Positions 37,230-46,994 of a stretch of DNA of 64,000 bases are shown piece after piece (position 1 is the first letter of the stretch; each line of letters starts with the position of its first letter). The stretch is from Myxococcota bacterium (GTDB lineage Bacteria > Myxococcota_A > UBA9160 > UBA4427): NCBI GenBank assembly GCA_036336835.1, contig JAYZFK010000038.1, forward strand, positions 1 to 64,000, in the 5' to 3' direction. A model generated the notes under the pieces. The model did no database searches, had not been told where the DNA came from, and saw nothing but the letters and a program-made list of their open reading frames with translations. A program made the translations under genes and the position numbers.

Positions 37230-38198
37230 ATGTCCGTCGTAAAGATCTTGCTGCTCGTCTTCGTCCCGTTGGCGATCTTCCTCGCCTTGGGAGAGGTGAT
37301 GATTCGCGTCTACCTGAGCCGCAACACTTTCTACGATGTCGAGATGTCGCGGTACTCGCGGGTCCTGAAGCTCGACGCCGACAACCCTCTGATCGGGCAT
37401 GTGCACCGTCCAGAGGGTGAGGCCAGGCTCATGAACGTGAGCGTGCGGATCAACTCACACGGATTCCGTGATGACGAAGTCTCGCTGAACCGGAGCGCGC
37501 GCCGCCGCATCGTCTTTCTGGGCGATTCGCTCACGTTCGGTTGGGGTGTCGAGAAGCAGGAGAGTTTTGAGCACCTGATCGAGCGGGAGCTCGACGGGCG
37601 GTCGCCGACGGAGATCATCAACTTCGGAACCGGGAACTACAACACTGTGCAGGAAGTGAATCTCTTCCTCGAAAAAGGGCTCGCGTACCATCCCGATCAG
37701 GTCGTTCTGTTCTACTTCATCAACGATGCCGAGGTCGCTGCTCAGAAGTCGCGGGTTCCGTGGCTGAGCAACGTGCGGATCGCCACATTCTTCTGGTCGC
37801 GCGGAAAGGCACTCTGGGCTCGGATCTCGCCTTCCGCGGGCTTCGAGGCGTACTACTCGGCGCTCTACCGCGACGACTCAGAGGGTTGGCGAAACGCGAA
37901 GAATGCGCTGCTACAGCTCCGCGATGTGTGCATCGAGAACGGGATCGAACTCCAGGTAGTTCTGCTTCCCGAGCTCCACCAGCTGGATCCGTATGTGTTT
38001 GAGGAACAACACGCGCTCATCGTCGGCCACCTCGAGCGCCACGGTGTCGATGTGCTCGATTTGGCGCCCTCGTTCCGTAACGTAACGGTCCCCTTCGATC
38101 TCTGGGTGTCGTTCGACGACGCGCATCCCAACTCCCGCGCTCACCGACTGATCGCCGGGTACACTGTTGACTTCATAGATCGAGTGAGGACTCGATGA
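37230..38198 (+). CDS. SGNH/GDSL hydrolase with N-terminal anchor
   Basis: INSHGFRD, LGDSLTFGWG, NFGTGNYN, ND, DAHPN. Confidence 0.9.
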   Translation: MSVVKILLLVFVPLAIFLALGEVMIRVYLSRNTFYDVEMSRYSRVLKLDADNPLIGHVHRPEGEARLMNVSVRINSHGFRDDEVSLNRSARRRIVFLGDSLTFGWGVEKQESFEHLIERELDGRSPTEIINFGTGNYNTVQEVNLFLEKGLAYHPDQVVLFYFINDAEVAAQKSRVPWLSNVRIATFFWSRGKALWARISPSAGFEAYYSALYRDDSEGWRNAKNALLQLRDVCIENGIELQVVLLPELHQLDPYVFEEQHALIVGHLERHGVDVLDLAPSFRNVTVPFDLWVSFDDAHPNSRAHRLIAGYTVDFIDRVRTR

Positions 38199-38326
38199 TC
38201 GAGTTCTTGAGGAAGTACCGCTGGTACATCGTTTCGCTGGTGCTTCTGTACGCGGCTCTGTCCTTGTGGCTGTTCTTTCTAACGGACTCGCCTCAGGCCG
38301 TCCCCTTCGGCTACCAGGTCAATTGA
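38195..38326 (+). CDS. 43-aa DUF5989-like single-TM protein
   Basis: ATGA overlap with the SGNH stop; MIEFLRKYRWYIVSLVLLYAALSLWLFFLTDSPQAVPFGYQVN. Confidence 0.7.
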   Translation: MIEFLRKYRWYIVSLVLLYAALSLWLFFLTDSPQAVPFGYQVN

Positions 38327-38587
38327 TCGAGGTGCCAGCGCACGCAGACCTCGGCCAGTGGACGACTGGGTAGGCTGTTTCCTGATTTCGGATGCGTAGT
38401 GAAAACGGAGTGGCTGTTCGAGACCCTGCTCGAGAGCTGGGCGTAGGAGCGCTGTGCGCGGTTCCCCGCGGCTGCGGTCCCGGCTGCGGTTGATATCGCA
38501 CGGGGCCATCGGGCATCCTTCGAAAAGCGGTCCAAATGTCCTGTCCTCGCACTGGTTGCAGTGGCGTCGACGCTATCTTCCGGCGCC

Positions 38588-39649
38588 ATGTTGTCGCGTC
38601 TCGTGCCGCTGGGCGTCACTGTCGTCGTCGGACTCGCGATCGCCGAGCTCGGTGTGCGCTTGCTGCCCTCGACGACCCTCGGGTTCGACTACGTCGACGG
38701 CCACTTCCGTTTGCCGAGCGAATCCGAACCGCAGACCTGGCGCAACTCGCTAGGCGTCCACGACATCGAGCCGCCCCGGGAGCGAGGCAATCGCGAGCGG
38801 GTTCTCCTGCTGGGCGATTCGGCCGTGGAAGCCCTGGCGGTCCCGATCGACCAGGGACTGGCGCGCCGTCTCGCGCACCACCTGGAGCAGCAGGCGCCGG
38901 GCCGCTACGACGTCGTGTCGCTGTCCCGGGGAGGCTGGGGTCAGGGCGAGGAGCTCGCCGCACTCGCAAGGCACGCGAACGCGCTCGATCCAGATCTCGT
39001 GCTGCTGCTCTTTTCACCGCGCACCGACCCGTACAACAACGCGCGCGAGCTCGCAGGACGCGAGGAGAACCTGCGCCAAATCAGGGAGCTGCGGCGCGCG
39101 CCCCGCGGCTGGAGCCGGTCCTTTACGAGTGAGGAGGCGGTCGGTTTCTGGCTGCCGTTTTCGGCGCTCAACCGGCTGCTTGCCCACCGGCTCACAGTCC
39201 GTGCCCTGCGACCAGCCGATCCAGTGCCCCTCCAGTTCCTCGCGTTCTCGCCCGAACGCGAGTCGATGTGGACGGGGTCCTGGCGCGAGACCGAGCAGCT
39301 GCTGTTGCAGCTGCGGCGCGAAGCGGGTCGAGCCGGAGCGGGCTTCGCAGTGGCCTCGGGCTCGACACCGGAAGGGGTGATGGAGCCCGCGGCGGGCGCC
39401 GCGCGTCTGCGGGCCGCCCACCCCGAGCTCGGCGGCATCGACTTTGACGTTGATCTGCCGGACCGTCGGGTCGCGTCGATTTGTGCAGGAAACGGTGTGC
39501 CCTTCCGCGCGCTGCAACCGGAGCTGCGTTCGCTCGAGCGCACGTCGGGCCCGCTCCACTGGCGCTACGACGCCCACTGGAACGTGGCGGGCAACGACGC
39601 CGCGGGCCGCCTGCTGGCCGAGTTCGTGATCGAGGACTCGAGGCGCTGA
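38588..39649 (+). CDS. SGNH/GDSL hydrolase (AlgX/AlgJ-like)
   Basis: NSLG..D, LLGDS, GWG, DAHWNVAGN. Confidence 0.85.
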   Translation: MLSRLVPLGVTVVVGLAIAELGVRLLPSTTLGFDYVDGHFRLPSESEPQTWRNSLGVHDIEPPRERGNRERVLLLGDSAVEALAVPIDQGLARRLAHHLEQQAPGRYDVVSLSRGGWGQGEELAALARHANALDPDLVLLLFSPRTDPYNNARELAGREENLRQIRELRRAPRGWSRSFTSEEAVGFWLPFSALNRLLAHRLTVRALRPADPVPLQFLAFSPERESMWTGSWRETEQLLLQLRREAGRAGAGFAVASGSTPEGVMEPAAGAARLRAAHPELGGIDFDVDLPDRRVASICAGNGVPFRALQPELRSLERTSGPLHWRYDAHWNVAGNDAAGRLLAEFVIEDSRR

Positions 39650-39655
39650 CTCGCT

Positions 39656-41761
39656 TCAGACCGAGCGCCACACGCGAAGACCGCGCGGGGCGTGGCCGCT
39701 CTCGACCAGCGCGGCGCCGAGCTCGCGCCGCAGCGCGTAGTGACTACCGAGGATCGCGTCGAGCGTGTGGATGCGCCGCGAGTAGCGGTGGTGGTCGTGC
39801 TCGTCGGTGAAGCCGATCGCCCCGAAGCACTGCAGCGCGCGCTGTGCGACGGCGAGCCCCGCGCGGCCGGCAAGGGCCTTGGCGGCCTTGGCGAGCTCGC
39901 TCGCGTCGCCCGCGCTCCACTCCTCGAGCGCGGCGCGGCACAGCTCTGCGAGCGCGGAGACGTCGACCTGCGACTCCGAGAGCAGGTGCTGGATGGCCTG
40001 AAACCCGGCGATCGGCTGGCCGAACTGCTGGCGCTCGTTTGCGTGCTCGATGGCGAGGATCAGCAGCGCGCGCGCCGCCCCGAGGATCTCGTGGGCCGCG
40101 GCGATGCGCGCCAGCGACTCGGCGCGCGCGTCGGCCGCGGCGTCGAGGGTGAGTGCGCGCTCCGCACCGGCCGGCGTCTCGAAGCCCTCGACGAATGATG
40201 CGTCGAATGCCTGGGACGCTCTGGGCACCAGTCCGGCCGCTTCCCGGACCCGGACCTCCCCGCGCGCGCGGGCCGCGCGGTCGGTGCTGGGCGAGACCAG
40301 CCACTTCGTGCGCTCGCCGACCCCGTACACCAGGACCGCGTCGTCCTGCTCGCGCACGACCACGGCCACCTCGCCGGGCTCCGCAGCGAGCGCGTCGGCG
40401 GCCGCTGCGCTGCGCACCGCGGCCAGCGCCGAGCTCGTCACGAGCGTGCGCCCCTGCTCCTCGAACCAGGCGGCGAACGCCGCGCGTCCGAGCTCGTCCT
40501 CCGGTGCGGCGGCGTAGGTCCACCAGTCGAGGCCGTCGAGCGCTTGATTGCCGTCGTCGCTCTGCTCGATCGCTTCGCCGATGCTCTCCCGCACCGTTGC
40601 GCGTTCCTCGTCCTCGTCGATCTCGGCGCCGCCGCGCGAGACCAGCAGCTTCGCGATCACGTTGAGCTGGATCTCGCGCGAGCCGCCGTAGACGCTCGAC
40701 GCGCGCGAGTACAGGTACTGATCCTGCCAGCGCAGCACATCGTCGGCCGTGCCCAGGTCGAGACCGGGCGACAACACCTCGCGCGCCGTCTCGTAGAAGT
40801 GCTGCTCCGTGTCGATCACGAGCACCTTCGAGACCGACGACTCCGGCCCGGGAGCGCCGCCGTCCGCGATGATCTCGAGCACGGCGCGCGAGCGCGCTCG
40901 CAGCGCGAGTAGATCGACCAGGCTTCCGCCGAGGACGCCGGCGTGCGCCTCGGCCCCCGGCGTGCCCGCTAGCCGCTCGAGCCGGGGTAGCATCTCGCAC
41001 TGCCGAAGCCACGCATAGCTGCCGCGCTCGCCGGCCAGGATCTTCATCGCGACCGCCCAGCCCTGGCCCTCGTCGCCGATGCGCTGATCGTCGGCCACGA
41101 CGGCGCCGTCGAGGAACACCTCCGCGAGCTCGTCATGACTGTTCGCCTGGCGAATCGGTCCGACCTCGACACCCGGCGCGTCGGTCCGGATCACGAATGC
41201 ACTGAGTCCGCGGTGGCGATCCTCCGGGGTGCCGGTGCGCGCGAGCAGCAGCAGGTGCGTCGCCCACTTGGCCCAGCTGGTCCAGATCTTGTGGCCGTCG
41301 AGGCGATAGCCGCCTTCCACGCGCGTGGCCGTCGTCTTGAGAGCGGCCAGGTCCGAGCCCGCCGTCGGCTCGGAGAAGCCCTGACACCACAACACGTCGC
41401 CGCGCAGCGAAGGCAGGAACACCTGCTCGATCAGCTTGCTGCCCGCGAACTGCTCGAGCGCGGGCGGCAGGATCTCGAGGTGCTCGAACAGGTGGCGGGG
41501 CGGGTACCCGTTCTCCTGGAGGATGTCGATCAACGCCGCCCGGTGGAGCGCGCTGCCACCCAGCCCGCCGAGTGCCTGCGACCAGCCCACGCGCGCCCAG
41601 CCGGCGTCGAACAGGGCCGCCTGCAGCTCGCGCAGCGGCGCGATCCGGTCGTCGTAGAGCCGCGGAAGCTGCTTCAGGTGGGCGAGCGCGGCGGCGTTCT
41701 CGGCGAGCCAGTCCTGGAAGCCGCGGGCAAACTCGGGCAGCGGGGGGTTGGGCTGCATCAT
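39656..41761 (-). CDS. Fused two-module acyl-CoA dehydrogenase
   Basis: N-half WCQGFSEPTAGSDL, KIWTS, YGGSREIQ; C-half RQQFGQPIAGFQAIQH, GAIGFTDEH. Confidence 0.9.
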   Translation of the reverse strand: MMQPNPPLPEFARGFQDWLAENAAALAHLKQLPRLYDDRIAPLRELQAALFDAGWARVGWSQALGGLGGSALHRAALIDILQENGYPPRHLFEHLEILPPALEQFAGSKLIEQVFLPSLRGDVLWCQGFSEPTAGSDLAALKTTATRVEGGYRLDGHKIWTSWAKWATHLLLLARTGTPEDRHRGLSAFVIRTDAPGVEVGPIRQANSHDELAEVFLDGAVVADDQRIGDEGQGWAVAMKILAGERGSYAWLRQCEMLPRLERLAGTPGAEAHAGVLGGSLVDLLALRARSRAVLEIIADGGAPGPESSVSKVLVIDTEQHFYETAREVLSPGLDLGTADDVLRWQDQYLYSRASSVYGGSREIQLNVIAKLLVSRGGAEIDEDEERATVRESIGEAIEQSDDGNQALDGLDWWTYAAAPEDELGRAAFAAWFEEQGRTLVTSSALAAVRSAAAADALAAEPGEVAVVVREQDDAVLVYGVGERTKWLVSPSTDRAARARGEVRVREAAGLVPRASQAFDASFVEGFETPAGAERALTLDAAADARAESLARIAAAHEILGAARALLILAIEHANERQQFGQPIAGFQAIQHLLSESQVDVSALAELCRAALEEWSAGDASELAKAAKALAGRAGLAVAQRALQCFGAIGFTDEHDHHRYSRRIHTLDAILGSHYALRRELGAALVESGHAPRGLRVWRSV

Positions 41762-41779
41762 GCGCTGATCGCGGACAGC

Positions 41780-42103
41780 TCAAACGAGCTTCTGGACCAT
41801 CTCCTCGAGCGCCGACCTCGGCCGGGCACCCTGCATCTGCTCGACGACCTGGCCCCCCTGGAAGGCGAGCAGGGTCGGGATGGCGCGAACGCCGTAGCGG
41901 CCCGGGGCAGCGGGATTCTCGTCGATGTTCATCTTGACGATCCTCACCTTGCCCTCGTACTCGCCCGCGAGATCCTTCACGATCGGGGCGATCTGGCGGC
42001 ACGGCGCGCACCACTCGGCCCAGAAGTCCACGACGACGGGAAGGTCGGAGTTGAGGACCTCGGACTCGAAGTTCTCGTCCGTGACGTCAGCGATCTCGGC
42101 CAT
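41780..42103 (-). CDS. trxA: Thioredoxin
   Basis: [28 protein letters not shown]. Confidence 0.95.
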   Translation of the reverse strand: MAEIADVTDENFESEVLNSDLPVVVDFWAEWCAPCRQIAPIVKDLAGEYEGKVRIVKMNIDENPAAPGRYGVRAIPTLLAFQGGQVVEQMQGARPRSALEEMVQKLV

Positions 42104-42225
42104 TGGAAGCTCCTCGTGCAACGCGCCGGGTGGGGGCGTGTGAAGACTCTCGGATGCCGACGGGCAGTGGAGGTCACTGGGTCGGGTCGGCAGCATAGCA
42201 GGGCGCCGGCTACCCTTGACCCTGC

Positions 42226-43230
42226 ATGGCCCGCCGACCGCGCCCGATCGACCGCAGTCTGATCCGGACCGTTCCCGCCAAACGTCGTCCCAGCAAGGTG
42301 GCGGTGCGCGACGAGGCTCGTCCCCACCGCGTCGGTGCGAGCTATGCCGACTTCCTCGCCTCGCTTCCCGACCTCCTCGGCGCGGCCGATCTGCGCGAGG
42401 TGATCGAGGCCTGGGCCCGCGCGTGGCGCGGCGAGCGCACGCTGCTGTTCGGCTTCGGCGCACATCTGATCAAGGTCGGTCTCGCCCCGGTCGTCGTCGA
42501 TCTGCTCGAGCGCGGCGCGATCACGGCGGTGATGATGAACGGCGCGGGCTGCGTCCACGACCTCGAGCTCGCGATGATGGGGCGCACCAGCGAGGACGTC
42601 GCCGAAGCCCTCGACGACGGCAGCTTCGGGATGGCGCGCGAGACGGCCGAGGCGCTCAACGGCGCGGTCGCCGAAGGCGCGGCGGACGAGATCGGGATGG
42701 GCTCGGCGATCGGCCGCGCGATTGCGGATTCGCGCTATCCGCACCGGGACCGCAGCGTGCTCGCGGCGGCAGCGCGGCTCGGCGTGCCGGTGACCGTCCA
42801 CGCGGCGATCGGCACCGATATCCATCACATGCACCCGAGCGCGGACGGCGCCGCGATCGGCGCCACCAGCTACCGAGACTTCGAAACCCTGGCCGGGATC
42901 GTCGCCACGCTCGAGCGCGGCATCGTCTTGAACGTCGGCTCGGCCGTGATCCTGCCCGAAGTGTTCCTCAAGGCGCTCGCCCTGGCGCGCAACCTCGGTC
43001 ACCGCGTCGATCGCTTCACTGCCGTGAACCTCGACTTCATCCGCCACTACCGGCCGTTGGTAAACGTGGTCGAGCGGCCGACCCGCCGCGGCGGCCGCGG
43101 CATCTCGCTCGTCGGCCAGCACGAGATCCTGCTGCCGCTGCTGGCGGCGGGCCTGAACGAGGCGAGCGCGAAGCCGGCGGGCCCGAGGTCGCGCAAGGCA
43201 AAGCCCAAGGCAAAGCGCAAGCCGCGCTAG
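42226..43230 (+). CDS. Deoxyhypusine-synthase-like conserved protein
   Basis: [43 protein letters not shown]. Confidence 0.7.
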   Translation: MARRPRPIDRSLIRTVPAKRRPSKVAVRDEARPHRVGASYADFLASLPDLLGAADLREVIEAWARAWRGERTLLFGFGAHLIKVGLAPVVVDLLERGAITAVMMNGAGCVHDLELAMMGRTSEDVAEALDDGSFGMARETAEALNGAVAEGAADEIGMGSAIGRAIADSRYPHRDRSVLAAAARLGVPVTVHAAIGTDIHHMHPSADGAAIGATSYRDFETLAGIVATLERGIVLNVGSAVILPEVFLKALALARNLGHRVDRFTAVNLDFIRHYRPLVNVVERPTRRGGRGISLVGQHEILLPLLAAGLNEASAKPAGPRSRKAKPKAKRKPR

Positions 43231-43398
43231 GGATCTCCGGACGCGGCCACCGGATCGGTGTCCCGTCGCCGAGGCGAGTTTCGCAGGCCTTTCCCCGCGC
43301 CCGGCTCGAGCGCGCGCGCCGGCCCCGCCCGGTTTCGGTGCAGCCGGCGGCAAATTACCCTTCGGGGTCGAACCATCGCGCTGCGGGGGGGGGGGCAC

Positions 43399-43941
43399 AT
43401 GGCCGGACGCATCGAGCTCGTCGAGGGGGACATCACCGAGCAGGAGGTCGACGCGATCGTCAACGCCGCCAACAGCGCCCTGATCCTGGGCGCCGGCGTC
43501 GCGGGTGCGATCGCGGGGCGCGGCGGCCCGAGCATCCAGCGCGAGTGTACGGAGCACGGTCCGGTCGAGGTGGGCGGTGCTGCGATCACCGGTGCAGGCG
43601 ACCTGCCCGCGCGCCACGTGATCCACGCGGCGGGGATGGCGCCCGGCGGCCAGGCCAGCGAGCAGAGCGTCCAGAGCTCGGTGGCGCGCAGCCTCGAGCT
43701 CGCGAGCGAGCACGGGCTCCGCTCGATCGCGTTCCCGGCGATCGGCGCCGGGATCGGCGGCTTCTCGCTACAGCGCTGTGCCGAGCTGTCGCTTCAGGAG
43801 GCGCGTGCGCACCTGGCGGGCGAGACCTCGCTCGAGCTGGTGCGCTTCGTGCTGTTCGGCGAGCCGGCCTACCGCGTGTTCGAGATGGTCGACGACGCCG
43901 TCAAGGTCGCCGCCCAGATGGAGCGTCTGAAAGAGCTATAG
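43399..43941 (+). CDS. Macro domain protein
   Basis: GDIT...DAIVNAAN, GVAGAI, VIHA, SIAFPAIGAGIGGF. Confidence 0.92.
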   Translation: MAGRIELVEGDITEQEVDAIVNAANSALILGAGVAGAIAGRGGPSIQRECTEHGPVEVGGAAITGAGDLPARHVIHAAGMAPGGQASEQSVQSSVARSLELASEHGLRSIAFPAIGAGIGGFSLQRCAELSLQEARAHLAGETSLELVRFVLFGEPAYRVFEMVDDAVKVAAQMERLKEL

Positions 43942-43958
43942 CCGCGGATCGCGCCGAG

Positions 43959-43990
43959 CCGATAGGCTATCGGGTGGTGCGCTCTATACT
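43959..43990 (+). promoter_or_regulatory. Palindrome plus -10 box upstream of the heme operon
   Basis: CCGATAG-G-CTATCGG (43959-43973); TATACT (43985-43990). Confidence 0.5.
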
Positions 43991-44035
43991 TTGGAGCCCG
44001 GTTGCGGCTTCGTTGCCGAGCTCCGGAGGGCTCCC

Positions 44036-44827
44036 TTGATCGAGCTCCATCAGATTGCAGCCGCACTGTATCTCGCGGCGGGCATCGGCTCGCTGTTGGG
44101 CCTCCTGCTGCCCGACCCGCGCATCAGCCGCGGGGGAGCGTGGGGGCTTGGACTCGCTGCGCTAGTCCACGCCGCCGCCTTCGCAACGCTCCACCAGCTC
44201 GACCCGGCGCCGCCCCTGACCGACCTGGCGATCGTCCTGTCGATGTCGGCCTGGATGGCGGTGCTGTTCGTGCTGGCGTTGATGTGGCGCCTGCAGATCT
44301 TCGGGCTGGCTGCGGCCATCGGCCCGGTCGCCTTCCTCGCCGTCTTCGTCGCGGCGCTCCAGCTGCAGGCCACGGGCGCCCCAGCCAATCCGATCTCGGG
44401 CACCTGGCCGCACGCCCACGTGCTGCTGGCGGCCGCCGGCTTCGCCCTGCTCGGGACCGCGGGGCTCGCCGGCGCCTTCTTCCTGCTCGAGCACCGGCGG
44501 CTCAAGGCCAAACTCCGGCCGATGCAACGCGCGGCGCTTCCCAGTCTCGAGGCGCTCGATCGCGTGAACGAGGTCGCGATCACGGTCGGGTTCACATTGC
44601 TCTCACTGGGCGTCATGACGGGGATGGCCTGGCAGCACAGCGAGCTCGGAACGCTGTGGTCCGGCGGCAGTCACGAGACCTGGATGGTGGTCGCCTGGAG
44701 CATCTACGGCGGGCTGGTCGCGGTGCGTTTCGCCGGGCATCAGGGTGCCCGCCAGTCGGCGGCGAGCGCGCTGGCCGGATTCCTCTTCCTGATGTTCGCC
44801 ATGATCGGCGTCGGGCTGTGGACATGA
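44036..44827 (+). CDS. Cytochrome c assembly CcsA/HemX-like membrane protein
   Basis: H..L, LPSLEALD, G.MTG.AW, AW.IY; precedes hemA. Confidence 0.85.
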   Translation: MIELHQIAAALYLAAGIGSLLGLLLPDPRISRGGAWGLGLAALVHAAAFATLHQLDPAPPLTDLAIVLSMSAWMAVLFVLALMWRLQIFGLAAAIGPVAFLAVFVAALQLQATGAPANPISGTWPHAHVLLAAAGFALLGTAGLAGAFFLLEHRRLKAKLRPMQRAALPSLEALDRVNEVAITVGFTLLSLGVMTGMAWQHSELGTLWSGGSHETWMVVAWSIYGGLVAVRFAGHQGARQSAASALAGFLFLMFAMIGVGLWT

Positions 44828-46083
44828 GGATCCTGCTCGTCGGAATGAACCACGAGAGCGCGCCGGTCGAGGTGCGCGAGCGCTTCGCGGTCGACGATCC
44901 GGCCGCCCTGCTCGCCAAGCTCATCGCCTACGAAGAGATCGACGAGGCGGTGGTCATCTCGACCTGCAACCGCGTCGAGCTGTGCGTGACGACGCATCAG
45001 CCCGAGTCGGCGCACCACACCTTGATGCGCTGCTTCGCTGGCCACGAGGATTCGACCTATCTGCACTCGGGGCGAGCGGCCGCAGCCCACGTGCTGCGCG
45101 TCGCGTCTTCGATCGATTCGATGATCGTCGGTGAGCCGCAGATCCTCGGACAGATGAAGGACGCCTACCGCTCGGCGGTCGAGCACGACGCGTGCGGCCC
45201 GGTGCTCTCTCGGCTGTTCCAGCGGGCCTTCTCGACCGCGAAGCGGGTGAAGAACGAGACGGGCATCGCTCGGCGCCCGGTGTCGGTCGCGCGCGTCGCG
45301 GTCGATCTGGCCCGGCAGATCTTCGAACGCTTCGAGGACAAGAAGGCGCTGCTGGTCGGCGCGGGCGAGATGATCGAGCTGGCGCTCGACGCACTGCGGC
45401 GCGCGGGTCTCGAACAGGTGCGGATCGCGAACCGGACGGTCGCCAACGCCGACGAGCTGGCCGCCCGCTTCGGGGCCACCTCGCACGGGCTCGACGAGCT
45501 CGACGCCCTGCTCGCCGAGGTCGACGTGGTGCTGACCTCGATCGCCGGCGAAGGACCGCTAATCGATGCTGCGCGCGTCAAGCGGGTGCTTGCCAGGCGG
45601 CGGCGGCCGCTGTTCTTCATCGACATCGGTGTTCCACGCAACGTCGATCCCGAAGTCGATCGGCTCGACAACGCCTATCTGTACGACGTCGACGACCTGG
45701 AGCAGGTCTCGCAGCGCAACGCCGAGGAGCGCCGCCGCGAGGCGCAGCGCGCCGAGGGAATCGTCGCAGAGGAGGAGCAGCGCTTCGACGGCTGGTTGGT
45801 CGCGCTCGAGGCCGTCCCGACGATCCGGCATCTGCGCAGCAGCGCGGAGCAGGTGCGAGTGGCCGAGCTCGAGCGGACGCTCGCGCGCCTCGGTGTCGAG
45901 GTCTCGGACGGGGACCGCGAGGCACTCGAGCAGATGACGAAGTCGATCGTGAACAAGCTGTTGCACTCGCCGGTCGCCAAGCTGCGCGCCGAGACCGATC
46001 GCGAGGAGGGCATCGCCATGCTCGAAGCGGCGCGCACCTTGTTTGGACTGGACGATCCGCCACCGGGCGAGCCCGAGCGATGA
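44824..46083 (+). CDS. hemA: Glutamyl-tRNA reductase
   Basis: STCNRVE, SIDSMIVGEPQILGQ, GAGEM, DIGVPRNV. Confidence 0.97.
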   Translation: MRILLVGMNHESAPVEVRERFAVDDPAALLAKLIAYEEIDEAVVISTCNRVELCVTTHQPESAHHTLMRCFAGHEDSTYLHSGRAAAAHVLRVASSIDSMIVGEPQILGQMKDAYRSAVEHDACGPVLSRLFQRAFSTAKRVKNETGIARRPVSVARVAVDLARQIFERFEDKKALLVGAGEMIELALDALRRAGLEQVRIANRTVANADELAARFGATSHGLDELDALLAEVDVVLTSIAGEGPLIDAARVKRVLARRRRPLFFIDIGVPRNVDPEVDRLDNAYLYDVDDLEQVSQRNAEERRREAQRAEGIVAEEEQRFDGWLVALEAVPTIRHLRSSAEQVRVAELERTLARLGVEVSDGDREALEQMTKSIVNKLLHSPVAKLRAETDREEGIAMLEAARTLFGLDDPPPGEPER

Positions 46084-46994
46084 CCGTGCGCATTGCCACG
46101 CGCGGCAGCGACCTCGCGCTGGCCCAGGCGAACGCGATTGCCGAGCGCATTCAGGGCGAGCTCGATCGGCCGACGGAGCTGGTCGTGATCCGCACCACTG
46201 GCGATCGCATCCAGCATCAGTCGCTCGCCAAGATCGGAGGCAAGGGCCTGTTCGTGAAGGAGATCGAGGAAGCGCTGCTCGACGGGCGTGCCGACGTTGC
46301 GGTCCACAGCGCCAAGGACCTGCCCGTTGCGATCGCGCCCGGCTGTGTGTTGGCGGCCTTCCCCGAGCGGGCGGATCCGCGCGATGCACTGGTCGCCGCG
46401 GCGACCGGGGCAACGCTCGTGTCGCTGCCCGACGGCGCCCGCGTCGGCACCGGCAGCACCCGGCGCGCTGCGCAGCTGCGCGCACTGCGTCCCGATCTCG
46501 AAATCGTCCCGCTGCGCGGCAACGTGCCGACGCGGATTCGCAAGCTCGCGAGCGAGCGGCTCGACGCCGTCATCCTCGCCTGTGCCGGTCTCGATCGGCT
46601 GGGACTCGCCGACCACGTGCGCGAGCGGATCGCCGCACGCCAGATGCTGCCGGCGGTGTGTCAGGGGACGCTCGCGCTCGAGACGCGCGAGGACGACGCC
46701 CTGCGCGGCGAGCTCGCGAAGCTCGAGGACGCCGAGGCTGCGCTGGCGGCGACGGCCGAGCGCGCCTTCCTGCTGCGCATTGGCGGCGACTGCACGACGC
46801 CGGTTGCGGCGTTCGCCGAATGCACCGACGGCGGGGAGCTGCGGCTGCGGGCACTGCTCGCCAGCGAGGACGGTCGCACGCTGGCGCGTGCCGAGGCCTC
46901 GGGCGGCGACGCGGCGGCGCTGGGCGTCCTGGTGGCAGAACGAGTGCTGAACGACGGCGGCAGTCAGATCCTGGCCGCGCTGGCGGCGCAATGA
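46080..46994 (+). CDS. hemC: Hydroxymethylbilane synthase
   Basis: ATRGS.LA, GGKGLFVKE, VHSAKD, LRGNV.TR, GGDC. Confidence 0.97.
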   Translation: MTVRIATRGSDLALAQANAIAERIQGELDRPTELVVIRTTGDRIQHQSLAKIGGKGLFVKEIEEALLDGRADVAVHSAKDLPVAIAPGCVLAAFPERADPRDALVAAATGATLVSLPDGARVGTGSTRRAAQLRALRPDLEIVPLRGNVPTRIRKLASERLDAVILACAGLDRLGLADHVRERIAARQMLPAVCQGTLALETREDDALRGELAKLEDAEAALAATAERAFLLRIGGDCTTPVAAFAECTDGGELRLRALLASEDGRTLARAEASGGDAAALGVLVAERVLNDGGSQILAALAAQ

